This document shows positions 36,890-49,721 of a stretch of DNA of 64,000 nt, one piece after another; the stretch's first letter is position 1; each line of letters begins with the position of its first letter. The stretch spans positions 97,714,609-97,778,608 of the forward strand of contig NC_068986.1 in NCBI RefSeq assembly GCF_001194135.2, read 5' to 3'. The notes beneath the pieces were generated by a model that saw nothing but the letters and a program-made list of their open reading frames with translations, made no database searches and was not told the origin of the DNA. Both the position numbers and the translations under genes were made by a program. Origin of the DNA: Octopus bimaculoides. Lineage: Eukaryota.

Positions 36890-38440
36890 TATCTGATTTC
36901 TGTTTCTGGCGTAATACAATCGAGGTGTTACATTGGTTTGAGACCAAACGAAACACTTTTAGAGCTAAGTCATACAATTCGATACAGTAGATTTTTATCC
37001 ATCGATATCGAAAATGTTACTTGATAGGGCGTTAGTATATGCGAGATGAATTACCGACATCGGTGATAGAGAAATACATATAATTATGCAAGCTAGGAAA
37101 AAACCTACTTTTCAACCAGGATTCAAGCTGGGTCAAACGAACTGACCCTGAAGGCTCATTTGACAGCGCTGATATTTGCAACCTTATATGGTTTTACATT
37201 CTGGACACCCTAGGTAATAAATTCCCCTCTATCTACTTCGGCTTATATAGAGGTGATGCCTTAGTCATCTCCAGAGGCTCTAACTACTATACTTTAGATT
37301 GGCTTAGAAAAGACATCATACACACCCTAAACGACCTCCGCCTTAAAATCAACATTGAAACTACTCCCGTGGTGAACGTGTTAGATGTCACGCTAGACCT
37401 AGATAGTGGCATCTACAGGCCATACCGTAAACTGAATGATAGGCTACCGTATATTAATGCAACCTCCTGCCATCCACTAATAGTGTTCAAAAATCTAATA
37501 AAAGGTATCAGTAAACAGATTACGATCTTATCTCCAAATAATGATATTTTCGACGCAGCGGCCCCCGCTTACAATGAAGCGTTAGCGGCCAGCAGGTTCA
37601 AAGAGAATATAGTATATGTATCTGGATTGAGTAACCATAAAAGGAAACAACACCGCAAGACCTTATGGTTTGCTCCCACTTCTCCCTAAACGTCCGGACA
37701 TGCGTAGTTAAGATTTTTTCTTTGGTAGGTTTCACGTGATCACACAAATATAGAAAGATCTTTAACAGGCATAATTTAAGAATCACTTTCAGTTGTGCAC
37801 CTGGTATTAAGAATAAATTGCTTACGGACAGAGGCAGGTTGTTCATGCAGGATTAGGCAAGAATGCCCAGTGGACGGCTGATGTAACACCGAAGCTACAG
37901 TGTACCAAGCAAAGGGAGCCTGAAACGGAAGCAGCACAAATATCAATAACATCAGTACCAACATAGGGAAACAAACTAAAGTTTATGTTGGATCTTGTGA
38001 ATCCATATTTATGATTTGCCTGAACAACCACAGATCTTCTTTCAGGGTCCCGGAAGGACGCAATACAACAACACTTGCAGCATATGTATGGCGCCTAAAG
38101 GACGATCATACGGCATTTACAATCAAATGGAAATTATTGGAAACTTGTTGACCCTATCGTAATGAACAAGACTGTGTAAATTGTGTTTGGATGAAAGACT
38201 TATAATTCTTATGAACTCACATGAGCCAGGACGCTACAGAAGCCGTGGGGAGTTGTCTACATTTTCGGAAATTTTTACTTCAAAATTGGAAAACCTAGCT
38301 ATCAAGCGAAAGAAGAGAACTCGGCCGGTCATATTTTTAAAGAGGATTATATCTTGAACTATCACCGGTGTTCTTGTGTTTTAAAACAAACATTCTTTAG
38401 AGAGAACGGTTACTGTTTAGAGAAACTGAAGAGATATCTA
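36890..38440 (+). mobile_element. Penelope-like element (RT + GIY-YIG endonuclease), degraded, 5'-truncated
   Basis: WRNTIEVLHWF, QFDTVDFYPSIS, IIMQARK..LLF..WVKR, FGLYRGDAL (YRDD mutated), VNVLDVTLDLDSGIYRPYRK, Cys linker CSC..CPVDG*C, VYQAK..KVYVGSCE..NNHRSSF, LCKLCLDER. Confidence 0.9.
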
Positions 38441-38603
38441 GTTCATGTATATGTGTATGTATGTACAGATATACACACACACATACATACACATATAATT
38501 ATAAAAATTGTGTGCCTATGTATTTATATATATATTGATACCATATACATACCTGCCGCTCTCTTTCTCAGTATGTATATATTTATGTAAATGTGCGTGA
38601 GTG

Positions 38604-38704
<101 letters not shown>

Positions 38705-39159
38705 GTTTAACCACGACTCACCAGCATCTCTGCATTCCAGTGAATAATGAGATATATAAATAATTCGAGAATTTTATGTACGCAACAGATAACTGTATGT
38801 TTTTATATCATGGAGAAATAAATTCCGAGCATTTTGAAATTTTATTTGAAATATTGAATAATACGTAGCATATATTTTTCTATTATTTATTATTTTGTCT
38901 CCATTACCTCAAGTAGTTAAGCAAAATGAATGAGTAGAATCGGAAGAGCGTCGAGTCAAATGTGTGATATAACCTTACATCATTTAAGGTTCTATATTGA
39001 AATCATGTAGCGTGTCTATTTCTATCTATTGTTACAGAGCTGAAAACAAAAATAAAGTATTATCCATGTATTTGATCGATATTTTTCTATTATACTTGCG
39101 TAAAATATGCGACCTTCTGCTATTTTCAGAAACTATTATATCAATTAACACAACTTATA

Positions 39160-39182
39160 TTTGTTCTATTTATATTTTTCAG
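39160..39182 (+). promoter_or_regulatory. Candidate splice acceptor for the GPCR coding exon
   Basis: Pyrimidine-rich ttgttctatttatatttttcAG ending at 39182, 190 nt before the ATG; branch-like ttaac at ~39145. Confidence 0.4.
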
Positions 39183-39372
39183 TTATCTTGATGAAAGCAA
39201 GTAAAAACCTCAAGCCAATATGACATTCTTCACATGGAAATATATCGCAAAATAACTTGATATTTGTATAAATATCTAAAAGAAAAAAGAAAAATTTTGT
39301 TGGCGACAAGAAGAAAATTAGGAAAGAGATAGAAGTGTGATAACTCTAAGGAAAAACATCCATCAAGAAATT

Positions 39373-40620
39373 ATGTCGGCCATAACACATTCTCCGATGT
39401 ATCCTTCAGACATGTTTAGTGAAGATAATTCAACACAGATCCTTTTCTATGATAATGCCACCAACATAACAGAAGACGAATTACCTCTTGATACAAATAA
39501 TTTATTAGTGGCTTATCACTACTGGTACGCAGGCATTCATGGTTATGTAGCTTCCATCGTTTGCATATTTGGAGTCATCACGAATATTCTCAACATTATT
39601 GTACTGACAAGAAAAAATATGATTTCTCCGTCAAATATAATCCTGACTGGACTGGCCATTAGCGATGGGCTTACAATGGCTCTCTACTTCCCATTTGCTT
39701 TAAACAATTATGTCATCTATGGACCAGATTCTCCAGAAAGTCGTGACAGTNNNNNNNNNNNNNNNNNNNNNNNNNNNNNNNNNNNNNNNNNNNNNNNNNN
39801 NNNNNNNNNNNNNNNNNNNNNNNNNNNNNNNNNNNNNNNNNNNNNNNNNNNNNNNNNNNNNNNNNNNNNNNNNNNNNNNNNNNNNNNNNNNNNNNNNNNN
39901 NNNNNNNNNNNNNNNNNNNNNNNNNNNNNNNNNNNNNNNNNNNNNNNNNNNNNNNNNNNNNNNNNNNNNNNNNNNNNNNNNNNNNNNNNNNNNNNNNNNN
40001 NNNNNNNNNNNNNNNNNNNNNNNNNNNNNNNNNNNNNNNNNNNNNNNNNNNNNNNNNNNNNNNNNNNNNNNNNNNNNNNNNNNNNNNNNNNNNNNNNNNN
40101 NNNNNNNNNNNNNNNNNNNNNNNNNNNNNNNNNNNNNNNNNNNNNNNNNNNNNNNNNNNNNNNNNNNNNNNNNNNNNNNNNNNNNNNNNNNNNNNNNNNN
40201 NNNNNNNNNNNNNNNNNNNNNNNNNNNNNNNNNNNNNNNNNNNNNNNNNNNNNNNNNNNNNNNNNNNNNNNNNNNNNNNNNNNNNNNNNNNNNNNNNNNN
40301 NNNNNNNNNNNNNNNNNNNNNNNNNNNNNNNNNNNNNNNNNNNNNNNNNNNNNNNNNNNNNNNNNNNNNNNNNNNNNNNNNNNNNNNNNNNNNNNNNNNN
40401 NNNNNNNNNNNNNNNNNNNNNNNNNNNNNNNNNNNNNNNNNNNNNNNNNNNNNNNNNNNNNNNNNNNNNNNNNNNNNNNATCAACTTCGTATTGTATTGC
40501 ACAATGAGTAAACAGTTTAGAGAGACATTCATCAGAATATTTTTCAAATCTTTCATTGCTACAGATGTCGGCCAATTGCAGCTGGTGTCAACCCAGGCTA
40601 CTAGGTACTCGGAAGTATGA
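39373..40620 (+). CDS. Class A GPCR, myosuppressin/FMRFamide-type peptide receptor-like (MsR/dmsr-1, Srw group); probably one coding exon; middle in gap
   Basis: N-terminal sequons NST, NAT, NIT; TM1 IHGYVASIVCIFGVITNILNIIVL; ICL1 TRKNMISPSN; TM2 ILTGLAISD..YFPF; TM7 INFVLYC; helix 8 MSKQFRETF. The 729 Ns (39751-40479) keep the frame. Similarity to insect MsR is recalled, not searched. Confidence 0.88.
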   Translation: MSAITHSPMYPSDMFSEDNSTQILFYDNATNITEDELPLDTNNLLVAYHYWYAGIHGYVASIVCIFGVITNILNIIVLTRKNMISPSNIILTGLAISDGLTMALYFPFALNNYVIYGPDSPESRDSXXXXXXXXXXXXXXXXXXXXXXXXXXXXXXXXXXXXXXXXXXXXXXXXXXXXXXXXXXXXXXXXXXXXXXXXXXXXXXXXXXXXXXXXXXXXXXXXXXXXXXXXXXXXXXXXXXXXXXXXXXXXXXXXXXXXXXXXXXXXXXXXXXXXXXXXXXXXXXXXXXXXXXXXXXXXXXXXXXXXXXXXXXXXXXXXXXXXXXXXXXXXXXXXXXXXXXXXXXXXXXXXXXXXXXXXXXXXXXXXXXXINFVLYCTMSKQFRETFIRIFFKSFIATDVGQLQLVSTQATRYSEV

Positions 40621-41009
40621 TCTAACTCTCCTGGTGCAGTTATATCATAACGAAGAGCACAGTTATGATTTGATGAAAAGTTAAGCAACTTAAAGTAGAC
40701 AAATACAGGATTAGTTCACTTTCAGTAAACATTCTTACGCCAGTCATCCAGTCATTTCAGTTTCCTGATCAACAAACCAGCATTTTGGTCGACTTTAAAC
40801 GAAAAATAAACTCGTGAGTGCAAAAGTGCAATATATTCTCACTAATAAAGAAAAATACGAAACAAATATAACATGCAATATTGAATGATATAGCAATGTC
40901 CTCCCTTATGATGAGAGCATATTAATTTTAACCATATGGGGTTTAAAAACTGCAGTATCGTTTGTAAACGATAACGTCGTAAAATAATCATGAACTTCAT
41001 TTCAAACAC

Positions 41010-41150
41010 ATGCACACACATACACACACACGCACACGCGCCCACGCATACATCCGCACAAACACAAACACGCAAACATACACACACAGACATACGCACA
41101 CATAAACACACACGCAATAACATACGTATATACACATATGTACATGTACA

Positions 41151-41220
<70 letters not shown>
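41010..41220. repeat. Compound (CA)n/(TA)n/(TATG)n microsatellite
   Basis: Direct reading. Confidence 0.95.
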
Positions 41221-41222
<2 letters not shown>

Positions 41223-42065
41223 GAATTGTCGTTTCATGTATTTTCTGCTGGTATTATACAGTTTTGTTTTTTAATTCTACGACCTGGACAAGGATACAAA
41301 TTCTATTGCATATTTGTCAAAGATCAGGTAGTAGAGGTCTGGTGACGCAGATCGATATTTCGCTATAAACGATACAATCAATAAAAGAAAGGCGGATATA
41401 TCTTCTTTTTTTTTTCGCCTACCATGAATATTCTGTATGTAATTAATTTAGAATGGAATCCCGGACGTAAATTCCTATATTCAAAACGAAAACTGTTTAG
41501 AATAGTTAAACGTTTTATGAAATTTCATTTTTATCATTAGTGTTTGGAATAAATTGTATCTGTAGTTAATGTTCATATCTAAATTAAAAGATGAACTACT
41601 CTGTGTTTAGTAATGTCTTGTAAGATAGGTAGCTCCAAGACCACGAATATTTGAAAGTGGGGTGAACATTCGAATTATATTTATTCATGTGGTACTTACA
41701 TCATCAAAACTTCGGAGAGATGAAAAGTTCATATCGGCGAAAAGAAACATATCAACAGAAAATAAAGTAAGTAAATATCACAAGACAATAGAGTGCTTTT
41801 GAAAACGTCTATCATATCTTAACAAGTAGAGAACTTATATAATTCTACTTCGAATTATATTCGATGCCTATTAATAACAAGCATAACTCAAAGCATTGCA
41901 AACATAAACATGTGGTTAACATGTTCGAGTCTCAGATCATTCGAGTGTACAATTCAATAGGTTGGTCATGTTTCTTCTACATATTGCACTCGGAATGACC
42001 AGTAATGTGTGAATGAAATTTGGATAGAATAAATAGATGCTTCGAAACGCCTCATATATCACCTC

Positions 42066-42300
<235 letters not shown>

Positions 42301-42761
42301 CATGTACATGGCATGAAATTCCTCTAAATTTGCATATAAATCGGTGTGTCGATTACATGTACGTTGTGGTATATATTCCGTCCGTCTATTGCAGACTTTT
42401 CGTACCTGAAATGCAGTGAATAATTAAATCTCCGCGAGTGCACCAAATACGTATCTATAATTGCTTGATATAAAATAAAGTAAAATAAATGCAATTTGCA
42501 GTACACATCTTCACCTCTTCGTTCGTTACATTATATGTTACACAAGTCTGAGAAAACTATGAAGAGACATGAATGCAAGCTCTTGATTTCGCAGTACTGC
42601 GGTGTTAGCACCGTATTGGAGTTGATAAGAATATAATAAACTTGATTAGTGAATGTTTAATGATAAAGAAAATATAATTGAGGTCTCCATATTTTACTTC
42701 TCCTTAGACTTCCATGTGTTCCTCCTACCACTATTGTTCTTCTTCTGAAATCCAACCCGTG

Positions 42762-42792
<31 letters not shown>

Positions 42793-43329
42793 ACACTCTT
42801 AACAACACACCACAACAATCAATATCATAAACCAACTATAGAGCCTTTATTCTGTTACTGGAGCCTTTTGAGATAGCAATCAAATGTATCTCAAATGACA
42901 CCGCTTCTAAAAAGGAGTAGTTGGATGCATTAAACAATATAGGCATAGTTACAAAAACAAACAAAAAAACAGGATTGCCCGAATTGGATAGCTTTTTATC
43001 GTAGATCACGTTGAGGTCTGAGCTCGGTTTAACTATAATAGCAACGAAAACAAAGCAACACCATACTCATCACTAGTGTCTTCTTCAAATGTGGCAAAAT
43101 TTAGGACATCATGTATTAATTTGTGGACTAAATCTACCCCAGTATTTGACGGGTACTATATTACGTCGAACCCGCAAGAATAAAAGGCTAAGTTGATCTT
43201 TTTCCGGTTTGGAAGATGTATGAGTGAGCATTGCAATAGCTTTTTACAAAAAGGTAAGAAGCTATAGATAGGAATTGTATGCATGATTTATAGATAGATG
43301 ATAGGGTCCTCACAGAGAAGTGCCATGTA

Positions 43330-46200
43330 CAACTAATTGAGAATCCTCACAAACCTAGGATTACTATGTGTGTCAGTAGTAAATGCTTTCTTTCAGCTGT
43401 ATTCCTGTCTCTGTCTATAGTTTCTTTTGCAAGTTGAACTTCAAATTTATCGATGAGAGCTTCGTTAAAAAGGAAAATAGAGAAAATGAAGAGGAAACGA
43501 ACAGTGGAAAAAAGTCTGGTCAAAGACGACGACACACGCTCACCGTGCAAGAATTTCCAGAGATGCCGTAGTTTTAGCGTATATCTGAGCTCTAGCAAGC
43601 ATGGCATTCTGAGCACTCTACGTAATAGTAATAAGCGTTGGCTGCAAATGGATTAATTGACCAATGAAATGTGTGACTTTAGAAAAGACCGTGAAAGAAA
43701 ACCATCTAAGGCAAGGCACGACGCTCAGCCGAGACAGCGATGGCAGCAATTTACGCAGAGATCTCTGCTCGACTTCTCAGAGCTATAGTCACTCATTCCA
43801 TTCCTAGGTCTGATCTACTTTGATCGTCAAGTTATCCTGGAAAGTAAATATTTGAAGCACCACACCCAAGCAAACTTCAAGCAGCTTAACGGCCTCCCTA
43901 TAACGCTGCCCGGTGATAGGAATACGGTTCTGCATGTGTCGAGTTTATTCGGGTTAATCTTTGCTCTTGTCACAGCTTTGCATTTGTTTAGAAGTGTACT
44001 GACAATCTTGAGCTGGTTGTCCGACTTTAATTCCACTGATGTTGTCTGCATATGATGAATGTTATCCTGCGTCACTATCCGAAAAATTTATCTCTCAACA
44101 GCCTCAGTTCTCAGAGCAGTGGGAATATAGTCAGTTTATTCAGAAAATCCGACAAAGAACATCCATGATAGGGATTCAAAATCGGTGATCTTTAATCTGA
44201 CCAGCAAGGTTATGCTACTCCATATTGAAGGTATACAGCCTCTGAAGAAAGGGACCTGGACTAGAAGTAGTGAGGATAGTCACCGAGTACCAATGGTCCA
44301 TCTTCTCGAAACTTTTCGATTTATCTATATTGAATAGTGCCTTTCATAATGTACCACTTTTCACAAACTTCCTGCGATCGTGCACATTTTCGCTTACAGT
44401 AACAACGACAAAGCTAATCACTTTGATAGCACAGGGGCAGGTAAACTTGCTTCCAAATTGAATCCGATTCACAGGCATTTATACGACCTACGTCTTGTGC
44501 GTTTAGAGCAGTAGGGCGAAAGGAAAAGAAACAAAAGGCGTACAAGTCTTATCATTGAGACGGAATCCTTGAAAGACTCTTACAAAGGGTTGTTGTCCGT
44601 TCTACACTAGAAAATACCCATATTACCTAAGAATGTTCTCTTTAGGTGCAAACAGATTTATTCTCAATTTTCCAACAGCATAATATGAGTCTGAATTCTG
44701 GAGATGTGCTTCTAAAATGATTCACTCTGTGCACTTTCTTCTATGAATCTTTTGTTTCTATTCGCAACAGTGACGTTTACGAAAGGTTTCAGTTTCTTTT
44801 GCTTTTATCCGATATTGCTGTTGTTTTTGCTGCTGTTATTACTGATGTTGTTATTCATGTCCTTGTGTTTAACTGTTAATGTGTTACTGGTCGTGATATA
44901 TATGATGGTGTAGGAATCGTGAGTTAGATGTCTGCGTAGTTGATGACTTTCTCTGCTTCCCGATATTATATCGCGACTCACTCTGCCTCTAATGTTTTCG
45001 ATAACGGTCTCCTTACGAGATGTTTTCCTAGATTTAGAGAGACGTTGTATCAGAACAATTACCGGTAAGGGGAAGTGAGGTATGTTTTCGCATGTATGTA
45101 TGTCTCCGATTGTCATGTAACGTTCTGTCGTTGATTTTTGTGATGCATGTTGTTGTTAGTGTTGTTGTTGCTGTAGTTATCGGTGCCAATACTCTTGTTG
45201 CTGCTCTAGCTCTTAATACTGGTATACATACTGTACTTGTTATTGTTGTTACTGCTACTGCTGCAGCCAGAAAGTCTTTATATTACATGTGGCGCTAAGG
45301 TCTTGTCCCTTGCAAACTGCAAAGAAATGAGTACGGTCTAACGGTAAGATTACGTCAGGATTGTTTTTGAGCTTTAGCCTTTATACCTTCAAAATTATTG
45401 CCTTATTTTCGTTGTCACAAATGGTAGTATAGCAATCAAATATTTCTGACAACATATACAAAACGCTTATCTTCCTCAGTCAATCGGGCCATTTGTGAGA
45501 GGACGAGAATGGACTCCGCAACTGACTCAAGGCACAAATATGATTCCTTACCACTTGTTATTGAAAAACTTATACCTAAAATTGCGTATAGCATGCTGCT
45601 AAGGAAGAATTTCGCTTTTTTTAATGTACCATATTAGTTCTATGCGCCGAACTGTCTTGACTTTGCAGCAATATGTTTATGTTACTGCTTGTTTCTTAGT
45701 ACATTTCATCATCTTCATAGGCACGACCTCGTAGTTGTTATCTTGTTCTTTCTATTGATAATCGTTCTGAGTCTTTGCTATGTTTTCCAACGAGCCATCT
45801 CCAGCAGCCAGTTCGCTTCAACCGTTGTAACTAATACTGTTGCTACCAGAAATGCTGTTCTCAGCTTTCACATTCAGAGCTTTGGCGAAGGCGTTTCTGT
45901 TCCCCAATGATATGGTCGCGTCAGCCTGTCATTGAGCTGGTGGCGGCGATCCCTTTTGCTTTTATTGTCGTTTATAGTCGGGTTAGTTTCCGTCTCACTA
46001 TTGTATTGCACCATATTATTGGCGTACCACTGTTAGCTCTTATATATTCATTATCATATTTGTCCGGAAAAGTTGTGGATAGAGGTATATTCTCGATTAG
46101 GCATAAACAATTAAAAAAAAATACCACGACGGCTTTAATGTTATTGCTAACATAACAGTCATAGTTGTCTCAGAATACTCTTCCTAAAGGTCTAAATCGC
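43330..46200 (-). mobile_element. Tx1/L1-group LINE, highly degraded (APE remnant + RT), interrupted
   Basis: LFNIDKSKSFEKMDHWY..GPFFRG (cf. LDQSKAFDRVDH), SYADNIS, VTRAKINPNK, AVKLL, SRLSVVPC, RYTLKLRHLWKFLHGERV; 5' boundary uncertain. Confidence 0.7.
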
Positions 46201-46309
46201 TGATATTTTACATAAACAAATATCGGTCCACTAACTGCAGAGGTCATGGAGAAACAACTGCACTAGCATCAGTTAGGAGAGACACTCCGAGGTTTTATAC
46301 ATGCATAGA

Positions 46310-46363
<54 letters not shown>

Positions 46364-46399
46364 TCTGCCTTCCCCTATTCTGCATGGTGTAGTATTTAA

Positions 46400-47500
46400 A
46401 CACTTTAAACGAAACTGAAATCGGATATAGCTGCCATACAAGAAGAAGCTACGTATGGATATAGACGACCGGAAGTTAATGGATGCATGTGAGAAGAAAT
46501 CAGGAACTGCTACACATTACGTGAATTTACAAAAGAAATTATTACGACACTAGAAAAACATTGGAGAAAGAAAAAATGAATTCCAATAGAACGTTAGATG
46601 AAAATAGGAAAGACATATAACGGAATTAGATCAAACGCAGACTTACAAATGCACAAGGGGTAGAGTACATGGAATACGACTTGCTAATATAAGTAAAGCT
46701 TAGAAAAGAATATTATAGTTGCAATACATTAATACTTAAGCAGCTAGAGTGCATTAGCAAGATTAGCGTGAAAGGAACGGAAATATGACTGCGTTTAGAA
46801 TACACTATCAGAAATACGACGACGTAAGTTTACATTTGTTCTGATGTCAGAGAAGTGGGGCCTTCACAGCTAGAAAAATATTATGAAATATCTAGTAAAG
46901 GAATAATGAAAAACTTATACAAACGTCATATATTTTAAAGAAGCCGTTCAAAACAATAGCGAAGTTTGGAGAATCAGTCAATGATGAGGAAGAAGGTGAA
47001 TGAAATACAAAATTCTAAATTCTTTTAAGAAGACTACAACAATCATATGATGAAATAGAACAGATTAATTGGCAACAAAATGGATGGAAGTTGGAACGAG
47101 ACAATTAATGACATCGCCTCTGAATACTAAGACTTCGTCAAAAGAGAATACACATAGTCAAATACTGGAAATTATACCAGTATTACGAAATTTGACAGCA
47201 AAAAAATAGTGGTTTAAATGCGCATCAGGAAATCTTTCGGAAAATGACGAAGCAGTCATAACCTGGAGCATGCTAATCCGCTTTAAAGATGAGGTTAAGG
47301 AAAACTAACCAGATATTATTGACAATAACAAGTGTCTCATCACCGAAGAAACACTTTCAGCAGATGATAATTTATGAATCAATTTTCGAAATATAAAATA
47401 TGGAAATAATGAAACTCCACATCGTGGTTTGAGGTTATTACAAAACATGCTTACTCAAGTGGATTTACGCACAGGTAATAATGAAAATCGTTACATTATA
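46400..47500 (+). mobile_element. Possible very old APE-type LINE remnant
   Basis: KLKSDIAAIQE (APE motif I-like) at ~46410, then A-rich coding-like sequence; no RT motif seen. Confidence 0.3.
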
Positions 47501-47629
47501 CCCAACAAACATAATATATAGAGCACTTGAAGTACAACCGATAATAGAAAAAAAACTGAATGAAGTTAACTTGATTCTTAAATGAAAGAATGCAATAAAT
47601 ATGATTAGCTTAGAAATGATAATAATGGG

Positions 47630-47905
47630 TTCGAATTTTGGCGCAAAGCTACCGATTTTAATAGAAGGAGTCGATTACATCGACCTAAGTGTTCAACTGA
47701 TACTTTATTCATCTGAAGAAATGCTGCTACTTTGTCCAACGGTCTAAATATTTTGTCATCTTGCCGCCTTGCATCATAATTATTTCAGAAAACAAGGTAC
47801 AAAGTTTAAACTTTTGGGTCGAAATTACAAAATTGTGTCGTTTTTATTGACCCAAAACAGATGAAAGGCAAAGTTGACCACGGTATAATTAAAATTCAGT
47901 AGTTA
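47630..47905 (-). mobile_element. Two SINE family 1 fragments
   Basis: gagtcgattacatcgacctaagtgttcaactgatac and gacccaaaacagatgaaaggcaaagttgacc. Confidence 0.55.
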
Positions 47906-48547
47906 AAGGCCACAAAACAAATATTACAAAAAGCATGAGTGATGGTTGAGAAGACATTACAAAGTAGACCCCATCAATGCAGAAAGCGACATTAAAAACA
48001 AATGCAATAAAATGAACGTCCTCGAACTAGGAACAGAGAAACCACCTTTTGAACATTAAGGTAACATACATAAATAATGAAATGCCCTTAACATCAAATA
48101 GTTTGTACGAGGCCTACAATTCATAGTTATGCGCATTGACTTAGCACATGCTTTCCACTTTGAGCTAATTTGAGGGAATTCATTACTTCCCTCTCTCCTA
48201 TCATATTTCTTTCCAAGAAGTACTTGAAAAAAATTAGTAAACGTTTAATTAAGTAGGAAAGTAATTGCTCAATCTTGTTGACCATTCAACATCTTTAACC
48301 GTAGCCATCAAGCAATGGCACCTGTTGAGCCTAATAGCAGCAGAAATAGTAGTAGGAGTATTAGTAATAACAGTTGCTTTTTGTAGCAGTTTTAGATCAA
48401 AGCTTGAAAGTACGATCAACTGCTGGATGTAGGTTTATTAAATTTTTAATTGAATATAGAAGTAATATTATAAACAATATTCTCCAGATTTTAAATAACA
48501 TTCATGTACTTTTTATTGTAAATATTTTAAAGATATGTTTGACGTTA

Positions 48548-48680
48548 TTCCGACAGCGAGCTGGCAAATATTATTAAGGCGTTGGAAAAAAAATCATTCG
48601 TTGCTCTTCATTTTCTGTGTTCAAATTCCGTCGCGGTTAATATTGCCTTTCATTATTTCTGTGTAAACGATAGAAAGTAT
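48548..48680 (+). mobile_element. SINE family 1 head and core, plus orientation
   Basis: gacagcgagctggcaaat..ttctgtgttcaaattccgtcgcggttaatattgcctttcat. Confidence 0.7.
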
Positions 48681-49004
48681 CTGAAAATTCCAATAGTTGA
48701 TACAAGCGACGAAACCCCGATCAAAATCGATGTCCTTGTGTCTAAGTAAAAAGAAACAAACATTATACTGATATTAGGTTACTAGCTAAGATTCAGGATG
48801 CGACTATGCTGTTACTAGTCGATTGTATCACTCCCATTGCATGGTCTGGCGTATAATGTATTGATAATACTTCTCGTTTAACTACGTGTACTTAGCAGAC
48901 ATAATTCGCCGGAGTAAATACCACAATGAATTTCTGTTCAATTTACCGACTTCTTGGGCACTAAGACGCCGATACATGCAGAGATACATACGCCCGTGAA
49001 CACG

Positions 49005-49036
49005 CATGCACACACACACACATACACACATACACA

Positions 49037-49082
<46 letters not shown>

Positions 49083-49093
49083 NNNNNNNNNNA

Positions 49094-49144
<51 letters not shown>

Positions 49145-49156
49145 CAAACACAAACA
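49005..49156. repeat. (CA)n microsatellite with 10-N gap
   Basis: Direct reading. Confidence 0.95.
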
Positions 49157-49419
49157 CACATGTCTATCTTTCGGTCTTCACGGAATTGGCTGCAATTAAT
49201 CTCCAACCTTTATGTTGATATGAAATTTGTTTTCATCCTAATAAAATATAGCGTCAGTTAAATACAGAGATCAGTAGAATCAAGCTTTCTTTTCCCGAAA
49301 TGCAACATTCTGTACTTAGATTATCTATCTATCTGTTTATCCGAGCGTGCGTGTGTGTGTTTGTGTGTGTGCGTGATTGCGTGTGCTTGTCTAGGTGTGT
49401 GCATGCATACATTGCGAAG

Positions 49420-49670
49420 GCACATATGTAGGATATTCACTTCACGATCGTAGGATCGTTAGATCCATTTCTGGAGGTACATTTTGTCTTTAAGCCAAAC
49501 ACTATTTCACGTTGTCTACACAACAGGCAAACATGAGTATTACATGCATTTCAAAGGGCAGACTTGTCATAATGTGTGTCACGCTGAATCTCCTCGAGAA
49601 CTACGTTAAGGGTACGATGGCTTCATGAGTGCTAAGCCACTAGCGCTGTCATATCAGCAGCAGGCTGCCC
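49420..49670 (+). mobile_element. SINE family 3-related copy, degraded
   Basis: ttcaaagggcagacttgtcat..tgtgtcacgctgaatctcctcgagaactacgttaagggtac..gagtgct matches the reverse complement of 26713-26800. Confidence 0.75.
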
Positions 49671-49681
49671 AGTTGAGTGGC

Positions 49682-49717
<36 letters not shown>

Positions 49718-49721
<4 letters not shown>

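Noticed and set aside
36925-36960. Hairpin followed by CGAAAC, hammerhead-like
   Set aside because: No CUGANGA strand, and it lies in the PLE RT reading frame (LHWFETKRN).
36890-38440. This PLE as the direct mobiliser of the hammerhead elements
   Set aside because: No shared terminal sequence is visible and its RT catalytic motif is mutated (YRGD); only family-level association can be suggested.
38420-38450. ctgaagag at the PLE 3' end as a hammerhead
   Set aside because: No stem II or GAAA follows; at most a truncated relic.
39337-39372. GTG start extending the GPCR ORF
   Set aside because: Alternative-start artefact in a eukaryote; the first in-frame ATG is at 39373.
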